Shown piece by piece: positions 31,136 through 39,205 of a stretch of 64,000 nucleotides of DNA. Positions within the stretch are counted from its first letter, which is position 1; the number at the start of each line of letters is the position of its first letter. Source of the stretch: Methyloligellaceae bacterium (GTDB lineage Bacteria > Pseudomonadota > Alphaproteobacteria > Rhizobiales > CBDCYM01); contig CBDCYM010000011.1 in NCBI GenBank assembly GCA_965224165.1, forward strand, positions 4,116,476 to 4,180,475, read 5' to 3'. Below the pieces are notes generated by a model. The model saw only the letters and a list, made by a program, of their open reading frames with translations, made no database searches and was not told where the DNA came from. The translations under genes were made by a program, and so were the position numbers.

Positions 31136-31964
31136 TTATCAGGGTCAAACCGTAAAAAAATTCGAGATTCAGAAAAAAATAAGCCTTTCGACCAATTTTG
31201 ACGCAAAGGCTCAAACATTCTTTAACCCACACCCTGTAATCCATAAGCATACGCAATGCTCCACAAACAATTTAACGAGTGCTGACGCGTTTGGTCGGCT
31301 ACAGGGATTTCAATCGATGAGTTTTCATACGGACCTCCGCAATCACGCTGATTCTCATTATGAGTCTGTTGATGATCAGTTTGACGCTTTTATAAATCTC
31401 TACCTTACAACCCTCGAAAAAACGCCCGAGGCGTCTCAGGAAAATAGAGTTGTGACATTGATCGCCCGTTCTCCTGAATCGCCCGTCGCTAAAGCTATGC
31501 TGCGTCACACAGAAAAGCTTAATCGCGAGGATATCACTTTCAGAGTAATTTTTGCCTGTCTGAGCCTAACAGAAACCATTGCCCAGTGGCTTGATCGTGG
31601 CTCAGCTTTGTCAGCTGAAAAAGGCACTCAATATATGCGATGGGCTAGAAATCCAAACCTTTTGGATGCACATGAGCAACTCATTCTCGGCAAAACCATG
31701 TCTTGGTCTGGGGATGCCATGCGCCGATGCCCCGAAAGGCGGGCGACAATTGATGTCTTTGAAAAGAATTGTCCGGGAACAACAAGACTTGGCTTGCTTG
31801 CCTTTAATGCATTGTGGGAAGCATCAACCGCGATACCCGAGCGTCAACTCAGGCAACGCATTGCTGCGCTAGAATGCCAACCAGGCTTCAAACCTCTGAC
31901 ATCCGAGACCGCAGGAGAACTTTGGCCACCGCGCTTTTCGCAATGGATGCCAACCAGGCACTAG
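31116..31964 (+). CDS. Hypothetical protein (282 aa), start overlaps the upstream gene by 20 nt
   Basis: The ATG at 31116 lies inside the last codons of the 848-aa gene. I recognised no family. A downstream Met (MSFHTD) is an alternative start. Confidence 0.45.
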   Translation: MTKRRTNYQGQTVKKFEIQKKISLSTNFDAKAQTFFNPHPVIHKHTQCSTNNLTSADAFGRLQGFQSMSFHTDLRNHADSHYESVDDQFDAFINLYLTTLEKTPEASQENRVVTLIARSPESPVAKAMLRHTEKLNREDITFRVIFACLSLTETIAQWLDRGSALSAEKGTQYMRWARNPNLLDAHEQLILGKTMSWSGDAMRRCPERRATIDVFEKNCPGTTRLGLLAFNALWEASTAIPERQLRQRIAALECQPGFKPLTSETAGELWPPRFSQWMPTRH

Positions 31965-32066
31965 AGCATGTCGCATTTAGATGGAATCGCTAGAATGCTC
32001 TATCTTTTTGTTGTCGCATATCTTTTTTCGCAAAACCGGTACCCACTTTTGCGAGATATGCTCTAG
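31961..32066. repeat. Composite palindromic intergenic repeat (CTAGAGCAT...ATGCTCTA family plus a second hairpin)
   Basis: CTAGAGCATGTCGCATTTAGATGGAATCGCTAGAATGCTCTA is about 88% identical to 38792-38832. It is followed by the hairpin GCATATC..CGCAAAA / TTTTGCG.GATATGC. Confidence 0.65.
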
Positions 32067-32297
32067 CTTTTTGCCGTGCTTCTTATTAGCTTTGGCGAGG
32101 CTTTTGTTTTGCAAAAGCGGAACCAGACCGCAATTCAGGTTCCGACTTTCTCAGAAGCACTTTAATACCAAGCTGCCGTAACAACTCGCCGCCAAACACA
32201 CAAAAGAGTTTGGCTAACAAAAACTTAACATCAATTCATGGGGTCGAGATTATTGTAGTCCCCAGCAATGTTCCCGTAATGGAGTAGAGAAATACGC

Positions 32298-32657
32298 ATG
32301 ACAAAATGGATGAAAGGTTTTCTTCTGTTTTTTTCACTCCTGCTATTTTTCTCTCTCTCGGCTTTAGGAGAAGAAAAAGATAAAGATAAAGAAAAAGACC
32401 AGATGCAGCCTGCATGCGAAAAGAAAATCTCTGCCACCGGAACGCCGAGCCAGCTAAAAACGATTGCACAACTCAACGCCATTATCGCTTGGATAAGGCA
32501 GGCGAAAAAATATGGTACAGAGTATACCGAATGGCGATACGCCAAAAATAGCGAGATCAAATGCAATAAGAGAGAGACATCGCTCTATCATATATGTATT
32601 GCAAACGGCAAACCTTGTCCCATACCATCTGTAAATAATACCGAAGAAGCTAAATAA
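32298..32657 (+). CDS. Small secreted Lys/Glu-rich protein (119 aa)
   Basis: Signal peptide MTKWMKGFLLFFSLLLFFSLSALG and four Cys. No family recognised. Confidence 0.5.
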   Translation: MTKWMKGFLLFFSLLLFFSLSALGEEKDKDKEKDQMQPACEKKISATGTPSQLKTIAQLNAIIAWIRQAKKYGTEYTEWRYAKNSEIKCNKRETSLYHICIANGKPCPIPSVNNTEEAK

Positions 32658-32717
32658 GCGTCATTGATTAAATACATTAAATAAAGCTATAGAGTCTCCG
32701 ATTCGAGAGAAGTGTAA

Positions 32718-32830
32718 TTGGATACCTCTAAAAACCTTCCACCTTCCCCTGCCATCCGCCTAATTATCGCAGAATATTGCGGGTGGCAGGGGAAGATGGA
32801 TAACCCGAAGGGAGTATTTAGAGGAGCCCA
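32718..32830. repeat. MITE/RIME-like nested palindromic element, copy 1 (inverted relative to copies 2 and 3)
   Basis: This is the reverse complement of 46365-46478 at roughly 85-90% identity by eye. It has the same inner arms (CCTTCCACCTTCCCCTGCCATCCGCC / GCGGGTGGCAGGGGAAGATGGA). Confidence 0.85.
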
Positions 32831-32859
32831 ATTTATTATTCAATTGACTGTATCCATTT

Positions 32860-33942
32860 ATGTTCATCAGAGCCCCAATAAGCTATTTGGTAAAGTTATT
32901 CGCTGTTTTAGTAGCCATTGTAGCGAGTATAAAACCTTGTGTGGCTGCCGACCCCCTACCAACTTTAGGTATTGAGATAAACCAAACCTCCGTTTCCGGC
33001 CTTTCTTCAGGCGCCTATATGGCGGGGCAATTTCAACTTGCACATTCCAAAATTATTGTTGGCGCAGGGATTGTCGCCGGCGGTCCGTATGGGTGTGCAC
33101 AAAGCTGGCAAGCGAGATATTTTCCTTTTTGGCCAGGTGTCAGCAATTATAATCTTGCCCAGGCTCTCAATGGCTGCATGGACACGCAACTTGCTTTTTC
33201 TGACATCCCAAATCCGGCAACCCTTCTCAGCCGCGCTGAACGTCTTTCGCAAAACGGCGAAATCGATCCCCTAAGTAATCTTTTGGATGATCGCATCTAT
33301 CTTTTTACGGGCGGTAGGGACCAGACCGTACAGTCACCAATTGTTCATGCAGTCAAAGTGTTTTATACGCTGGCAGGTGTGCAAAACACCCAAATCCGCC
33401 TCATCAGGAGAGAAAATGCAGGGCATGGCTTCGTTACTGAGGAAACAGCGTTAGACTGCGATTTGACAGAAAAGCCTTATGTGATCGACTGCGACTATGA
33501 TCAGGCGGGCGACATTTTGCGGACAATCTATGGCGAACTTAGTCCCCGCTCTAACACCCTGTCTGGACGATTTGTGGCTTTTCGCCAAACCGACTTTTTC
33601 TCCACCGGAAGTCAAAACGGTCTTGCCGACAGCGGGACGCTCTATATCCCAAATGAGTGTGAAAATGGTTCCGGCTGTCGGGTTCATATTGTTTTTCATG
33701 GTTGTCGACAGTCGCAAGAAGAAGTTGGTGATGCATTTATAAAGGGATCAGGATTTGCTGCCTGGGCTGATACCAATCGGATTGTCTTGCTTTTTCCGCA
33801 AATAAAGAAGAGCATCTCCAATCCTAGGGGATGTTGGGATTGGTGGGGGTATACAACACTTGGATTTCATACAAAAAGCGCACCCCAAATAACCGCCGTC
33901 CGGCATATGCTAGACCGTCTCGCAGAGACCGCACCGCGTTGA
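32860..33942 (+). CDS. Secreted esterase, PHB-depolymerase family-like
   Basis: Signal peptide, lipase box in VSGLSSGAYMAGQF (GxSxG), and a C-terminal CWDWWGY block typical of this esterase family. Confidence 0.65.
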   Translation: MFIRAPISYLVKLFAVLVAIVASIKPCVAADPLPTLGIEINQTSVSGLSSGAYMAGQFQLAHSKIIVGAGIVAGGPYGCAQSWQARYFPFWPGVSNYNLAQALNGCMDTQLAFSDIPNPATLLSRAERLSQNGEIDPLSNLLDDRIYLFTGGRDQTVQSPIVHAVKVFYTLAGVQNTQIRLIRRENAGHGFVTEETALDCDLTEKPYVIDCDYDQAGDILRTIYGELSPRSNTLSGRFVAFRQTDFFSTGSQNGLADSGTLYIPNECENGSGCRVHIVFHGCRQSQEEVGDAFIKGSGFAAWADTNRIVLLFPQIKKSISNPRGCWDWWGYTTLGFHTKSAPQITAVRHMLDRLAETAPR

Positions 33943-33974
33943 AAACCCGCACCGAAAGGCAAGAGCACGCCCTC

Positions 33975-35204
33975 TCATACCACACCTTTGTTTTTCAAAT
34001 TTCCAATCTGACTTTCGTCATATCCAAGGGCCTTCAAGATCTCGGATGTGTGCTCTCCAAGCTGTGGCGGGGCGGAACGAATCTGACATGGCGTTTCTGA
34101 CATCTTGATTGGAAATCCAATTTGCGGGATACGCCCTTCAACAGGGTGTTCAACATATTGGAGCATATTGCGGTGACGCATTTGCGGGTCCTCAAAAAAC
34201 GCCTCCTGCATGCTGTTGATCCCTGTAAAGGGAATGTCGCTTGGGGCAAGAAACGCAACCCAATCGTCACGCGTCCTTGTCAAGAAAAGCTTTTGGAGAC
34301 GATCATGTTGTTCTTTGGCAGCCTCGCCAATGGGCCATTGATTGGCCTTAAGTTCGGGCAAACTGACAGCGTCGCAAAAACGTTCCCAGAAATGCTCCTC
34401 GACAATACCCAGCGCGACATAGCGGTCATCAGCGCAGCGATAAATGTTGTAACAAGGCACTTGTCCAATAAGAGGGTGTTCGCCACCTTTTGGCTCTATA
34501 CCACCAAACAGATGTTCAGCGCCGTGAAAAGCGAGCCAAGAAAAAACTCCATCAGTCATGGAAATATCTATCGCTTGGCCTTCGCCTGTACGAGCACGTG
34601 CAATCAGTGCTGCAAGTATTCCTGAAACAGCTGTTTGTGCACCACCACCAATGTCAGCAATGGGTAGACCCGGAGCAATCGGCCCCTCATCCGCTTTACC
34701 AAAAAGCTGAAGTGCGCCAGCAATCGCCATATAGTTCAGATCGTGACCAGGTAAAAGCCGGTAAGGCCCATCTTGCCCGTAACCCGAGATCGAACAATAT
34801 ATAATCCTTGAATTTTCCTCTTTTAGAACGTTAAAACCGAGGCCGAGACGGTCCATCACGCCGGGTCTAAAACCTTCAAGCACTATGTCTGCCTCACGAA
34901 TCAGCGATAGAAATATGTCTTTTGCTTTTGGCTCTTTCAAATTGAGTGTAAGGCTTTTCTTATTGCGATTGAGAAGAAGGAACGAACCGGACTCCTCTTT
35001 AGCCATTGGCGGGAAAGAGCGGTGATAATCGCCAATTTTCGGCTCCTCGATTTTGATGACCTCCGCCCCAAAATCCCCAAGCATCATCGAGCAAAAGGCT
35101 CCCGGAAGAAGTCGCGTCAGATCTAAAACCCGGATGCCTTCTAAGGGTTGATCTGCTGTCTCCTTTGCCGTTTTGACAGAACCCGTTTTTGCGTCCTCGC
35201 TCAT
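33975..35204 (-). CDS. Class III (CaiB/BaiF) CoA-transferase
   Basis: GIRVLDLTRLLPGAFCSMMLGDFGAEVIKIE signature near the N-terminus. Confidence 0.9.
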   Translation of the reverse strand: MSEDAKTGSVKTAKETADQPLEGIRVLDLTRLLPGAFCSMMLGDFGAEVIKIEEPKIGDYHRSFPPMAKEESGSFLLLNRNKKSLTLNLKEPKAKDIFLSLIREADIVLEGFRPGVMDRLGLGFNVLKEENSRIIYCSISGYGQDGPYRLLPGHDLNYMAIAGALQLFGKADEGPIAPGLPIADIGGGAQTAVSGILAALIARARTGEGQAIDISMTDGVFSWLAFHGAEHLFGGIEPKGGEHPLIGQVPCYNIYRCADDRYVALGIVEEHFWERFCDAVSLPELKANQWPIGEAAKEQHDRLQKLFLTRTRDDWVAFLAPSDIPFTGINSMQEAFFEDPQMRHRNMLQYVEHPVEGRIPQIGFPIKMSETPCQIRSAPPQLGEHTSEILKALGYDESQIGNLKNKGVV

Positions 35205-35225
35205 ATGCGTCTCGCCTTGTCTTGT

Positions 35226-36239
35226 TTATCTTTCCGCCAGAGTGCGAATATTCTCAAGTAAATCCCTGTCGACATTTATGCCATCACGTTTTGCAGCTTC
35301 ACGTAGGTCAAAACGTTTGCTTCCTGGGAGTCGCGCTCCTGGTTCGTTTTCTATTTTCTGACAAAGTTCTTCAATGCGCTCCAAGACCCGGTCAGCGGGA
35401 CCAAATGCACCCGGAGAGATCATAATCAAGAGTTGCCCAACTCCAGGTGGTGGCCCTTCACTTACAAAAAATGAACTGGCCTCATATCCAAAATTGGCTT
35501 GGATCAAGGCTCCCGCCAAGACCTCAATCATAAGCGCAAGAGCGGCTCCTTTTGCCCTACCCATGGGAACCATTGTCCCTTCTAAGGCAGCCTTGGCATC
35601 AGTTGTTGGGTGCCGTTCGGCATCAAAAGCCCAGCCTTCGGGGATCTCCTCGCCTTTTTGAGCTGCTTTCAATATATTGCCGCGCGCAACTTCTGAAAGC
35701 GCAAGGTCGACAATGATAGGTGGTTCTGACGGACGGGGCGCGGCAAAGGCTATAGGATTTGTGCCAAACAACGCTGATTTTCCGCCCCATGGTGCGATGG
35801 CTTTCGGTGTATTGCCAAAGAGCAGCGCAATAAATCCGGAAGTGGCGGCCCTCTCCACATGATGACCCGCCACACCAAAGTGGTGAGACCGTGTTATTGC
35901 AGCCGCTGCAATCCCGTGCTTCTCAGCAATCTTAAGCAAGTTCCGTTGAGCGAGATCAAACGCCGGATAGGCAAATCCATGACCCGCATCAATGAGAAGG
36001 GCGGTAGTTGAGGTCTGCTTAGCTGTGGGTGTGGCATGTCCATCAACCTTGCCGGATTGGGCCTGCGCGCTATAGCTTGGAATGCGGGAGAGACCATGAC
36101 CTTTACGTCCATCAATTTCTGCAAGCATGAGCGCTTGTGTCACCGAGATGGCATTTAAAGAACTGACATTGGATTTTTCAAAAGCTTGTTTGACCAAATC
36201 CGCCAACACGTCTGTTTTCACTCTTGTTGTGGCACTCAT
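35226..36239 (-). CDS. Ldh2-family (malate / L-sulfolactate dehydrogenase-type) oxidoreductase
   Basis: 337 aa, Ldh_2-like along the full length (GHGLSRIPSY, SHHFGVAGHH, GTNPIAFAAP). Confidence 0.8.
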   Translation of the reverse strand: MSATTRVKTDVLADLVKQAFEKSNVSSLNAISVTQALMLAEIDGRKGHGLSRIPSYSAQAQSGKVDGHATPTAKQTSTTALLIDAGHGFAYPAFDLAQRNLLKIAEKHGIAAAAITRSHHFGVAGHHVERAATSGFIALLFGNTPKAIAPWGGKSALFGTNPIAFAAPRPSEPPIIVDLALSEVARGNILKAAQKGEEIPEGWAFDAERHPTTDAKAALEGTMVPMGRAKGAALALMIEVLAGALIQANFGYEASSFFVSEGPPPGVGQLLIMISPGAFGPADRVLERIEELCQKIENEPGARLPGSKRFDLREAAKRDGINVDRDLLENIRTLAER

Positions 36240-37171
36240 GTTTTTGCCCTCAAGACTTTTAAGACATTTTGAGCTGTAAGGTCACTAACCCGCTTACTCG
36301 ATTCAAGCGTTAGCCCCGCTATATGTGGTGTTAAAATGAGATTAGAAAGGCCTTCGAAAGCACGGATTTTTTCTGGATTTGCAGGCTCATCCTCATAAAC
36401 ATCAAGGGCTGCCCCGCCTAAATGGCCCCTATGGAGAGCTTCAACCAAGGCGGCTTCGTCAACAATGCCCCCGCGTGCCGTATTGATCAAAATAGTTCCC
36501 GGTTTCATCTTCTGAAGCGCTACAGAATTAATCACATTTCGGGTTTCTTCGGTCAGGGGAACGTGTAAGCTGATGATATCTGCGTTTGAAAGAATGGCCT
36601 CAAGGGAGCATTGTTCAGCGCGTTTCCAAGCCGGATGATCCTCTGGAAGTTTCGAGTCATAAGCCAGTACACGCATACCCAATGCGGTGGCGCGATCTGC
36701 AACAGCTTGTCCGATAATGCCAAACCCGATTAAACCCAATTTCCGCCCACTAATTTCTCCACCTTTAGCGAGAGCTTGGCGAGTCCAGTGGCCAGCAATA
36801 AGATCATGAGATGCCATAAATGCGCCGCGTGTGAGTATGAGAGCCGCTGCAATTACATACTCCGCGACACTTGCGGTATTGGCACCAGTTGCAGGGCAAA
36901 CCTCTATACCACGTGCCGCACATGCCGTCATATCAATGTTATCCAGCCCGACACCTAGTCGGCCAATCACAAGCAGCTTTTGTGCCGCATCGAGAAGCTT
37001 CTGATCAACTTGTGTCTTATTGCGCACGATAAGTGCTTTTGCATCTTTGATAAGGCCGATCAATTCACTGCGCTTTTCGCTAAGCTCCTCGTCCCAATGA
37101 ACGCTGAACTCAGATCGCAATGTCTCAACCGCTGCTTCATTCATGAATTCAGTGATCACAATGTCGGGCAT
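36236..37171 (-). CDS. D-isomer-specific 2-hydroxyacid dehydrogenase (phosphoglycerate dehydrogenase-like)
   Basis: NAD fold GLIGFGIIGQAVA, catalytic-region ARGGIVDE, and ILTPHIAG. Confidence 0.88.
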   Translation of the reverse strand: MPDIVITEFMNEAAVETLRSEFSVHWDEELSEKRSELIGLIKDAKALIVRNKTQVDQKLLDAAQKLLVIGRLGVGLDNIDMTACAARGIEVCPATGANTASVAEYVIAAALILTRGAFMASHDLIAGHWTRQALAKGGEISGRKLGLIGFGIIGQAVADRATALGMRVLAYDSKLPEDHPAWKRAEQCSLEAILSNADIISLHVPLTEETRNVINSVALQKMKPGTILINTARGGIVDEAALVEALHRGHLGGAALDVYEDEPANPEKIRAFEGLSNLILTPHIAGLTLESSKRVSDLTAQNVLKVLRAKT

Positions 37172-37183
37172 GTTTTTGAAGCT

Positions 37184-38353
37184 CTAGGCACTCCGATAAA
37201 GCTTTGTCATAGAGAACTCCCGATGGCCTAAGGCTTCAGCCGCCGTTATCCGTCCATTTGCCGTACGGATAATATAATCAATGAGCGCATCACTTGCTTC
37301 ATCCAGCGTCATCTCCCGGCGGAGAATTCCTGAAACATCAAGATCGATATGCTCCGACATGGTCCGCACCGTCCGCGGATTGGCAGAGATTTTTATGACC
37401 GGCAAAATAGGGTTGCCCACAACATTGCCTTGCCCCGTCGGGAACGTATGCACAACGTAACCTGCCGCTGCCATGAGTGTGACGCATTCAGCAGCTGCCG
37501 AAGAAGTATCCATAAAATAAAGACCGGGACCTTTGGCAGGTGGTTCCGCCGGTTTTAAGGCATCGATATAGGTGGATTTCCGGCCGATCTTTTCGAGATT
37601 GCCGAGAGCTTTTTCCTCGATGGTCGTTAAGCCCCCTTCGATATTACCCTTGGTCGGCTGGGATTCAGATAAATCATCTGTCTTAAATGGCTCAATAACT
37701 TCATCCATATAGGCTTGCCAAATCGCCATGAATTTCTCGCCGACCTCAGACGTTACTCCGCGGGCCTTACACAAATGTTCAGCACCAGTGATTTCAGAGG
37801 TCTCGCCAAAGACACCGTATATACCTTGTGGTATGAGCTTGTCATACATATTGCCTACGGTTGGACAAGATCCAAGGCCAGTGGTGGTATCAGACTCCCC
37901 ACATTTAGTCGAAACCCAAAGGTCAGAAATCGGGCAGTCCTTGCGTTGGAGTTCGCTCGCCCAATGGACATACTCTTTGGCCTTCCGTGAAGCCGACGCA
38001 ATCGTTGCGATATCACCGTTTTTCTCGATTGAAAAACCAGTCACAGGCTTCCCCGTTTCGGCAATACCATTGACAATATGCTCCGTCCATCCAGGTTCAA
38101 TGCCGATAACGACAACAGCGGCCACGTTAGGGTTTGTACCTGTACCGATCATTGTGCGGAAGTGGAGATCGAGATCCTCACCAAACTGCAACCGCCCATA
38201 AGCATGAGGCAGAGCAAGTGTGCCTTGAATGTTGCTGGCAACAGATTCACACGCGGCATTAGAGATGTCATCTACAGGAAGAATAATAACGTGATTGCGT
38301 ACACCAACCCTACCATTTTCACGCCGGTAACCCTTAAATGTGAGATCCGTCAT
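37184..38353 (-). CDS. UxaA-family lyase/dehydratase large subunit (SuyB/GarD C-terminal-domain-like)
   Basis: 389 aa with [19 protein letters not shown] and [12 protein letters not shown] blocks. It lacks its own SAF domain, which the upstream gene supplies. Confidence 0.82.
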   Translation of the reverse strand: MTDLTFKGYRRENGRVGVRNHVIILPVDDISNAACESVASNIQGTLALPHAYGRLQFGEDLDLHFRTMIGTGTNPNVAAVVVIGIEPGWTEHIVNGIAETGKPVTGFSIEKNGDIATIASASRKAKEYVHWASELQRKDCPISDLWVSTKCGESDTTTGLGSCPTVGNMYDKLIPQGIYGVFGETSEITGAEHLCKARGVTSEVGEKFMAIWQAYMDEVIEPFKTDDLSESQPTKGNIEGGLTTIEEKALGNLEKIGRKSTYIDALKPAEPPAKGPGLYFMDTSSAAAECVTLMAAAGYVVHTFPTGQGNVVGNPILPVIKISANPRTVRTMSEHIDLDVSGILRREMTLDEASDALIDYIIRTANGRITAAEALGHREFSMTKLYRSA

Positions 38354-38362
38354 ATGCCCCTC

Positions 38363-38650
38363 CTACCAGCGTTTCGTTTTAAGGTTTTGTACATGGACAT
38401 GCTCTCCGGTCTTCGCGTCGCCTACCATTTTGCCGATATCCTCGCCATATTTGATAACCGTGTCGCCGGCTTTGAGGTCTGTTAGTGCAACCTTGTGGCC
38501 AATTGGAATGTCATTGAGCGCGGTAACTGTAAGCGTGGTGTCATTTTCGGTAATGACCCCCAACATCTCGGTTCCGGCTTCAAGGCCTTCGATAACGACA
38601 ACACCAACATTGTCCTTTGGAGAATGAGCGAGAAAATGGGGTTTGGACAT
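38363..38650 (-). CDS. UxaA-family small subunit, SAF domain (SuyA-like)
   Basis: 95 aa, DNVGVVV...IPIGHKVALTDLKAGDTVIKYGEDIG (SAF fold), 9 nt upstream of the large subunit. Confidence 0.8.
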   Translation of the reverse strand: MSKPHFLAHSPKDNVGVVVIEGLEAGTEMLGVITENDTTLTVTALNDIPIGHKVALTDLKAGDTVIKYGEDIGKMVGDAKTGEHVHVQNLKTKRW

Positions 38651-38791
38651 GAGAGCTCCTTAAATTCCATTTGGCATAAACGTATATTAGTCAATAATAT
38701 GTTCTCTTCTCCATAGACATATATGTCATCACGGCCTAGGTCACGGACTCGTAAATGTGCTGAAAATGGCGCTAGAAACGGCAAAAAGATC

Positions 38792-38888
38792 CTAGAGCAT
38801 CCTGCGTTTAGATGGAATCGCTTGAATGCTCTCATTTTTTGATATCGATCAACTTTACCACGTTCAAGTAAATTCACTTGAACGTGGG
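38792..38888. repeat. Composite palindromic intergenic repeat (CTAGAGCAT family unit plus 30-bp palindrome)
   Basis: 38792-38832 matches 31961-32002. TTTTGATATCGATCAAC is the inverse of 46479-46495. 38859-38888 (CCACGTTCAAGTAAATTCACTTGAACGTGG) matches 46330-46359. Confidence 0.7.
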
Positions 38889-38946
38889 TTGATCTAGGAG
38901 AAGCGTGCAGACAAGGGTTGTTTCCCTTTTCAAGCGCTTCGACAAC

Positions 38947-38974
38947 AATGTCTCAAGCAGCGAAGCGGTAGACA
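38947..38974. repeat. 28-bp dispersed motif AATGTCTCAAGCAGCGAAGCGGTAGACA (copy of 2302-2329)
   Basis: 26 of 28 positions match 2302-2329. It is preceded by CGCTTCG, which can pair with the CGAAGCG inside the motif. Confidence 0.55.
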
Positions 38975-39205
38975 AAAAAACGCAGATTGAAGCCGTTTCA
39001 GCGTCCGGAGGATATGGCCGCTCTGTCCGACTACAGCGTCGCAAAGGTTTGAAAATGCACCACATTTCCTGCACCTTTGCTTCTCGTATTCGAACAGATT
39101 GGCTCATACCATTTTTAACCACATTTATGAGTTCGTGGCCTAGGGTCCTGCCCCTAAACCAGCGTTTCATATAAAATTGCGTCGAGAAACCTAAGAGGAT
39201 TTCAT

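Noticed and set aside
31660-31730. HKD (phospholipase D / Nuc) -like motif in the 282-aa protein: DAHEQLILGKTMSWSGDAM compared with HxKxxxxD-x6-G(S/T)xN.
   Set aside because: Only the His and the approximate Gly position match; the Lys, Asp and Asn are all substituted. That is too weak to claim a PLD fold without a profile or structure search.
32718-32975. 85-aa plus-strand ORF, plus other small ORFs in repeat-rich spacers (31981..32181, 38482..38877, 38874..39170, 38905..39174).
   Set aside because: Their sequences are simply translations of the MITE or palindromic repeat units, and the same DNA recurs at non-homologous loci in either orientation. These are not protein-coding.
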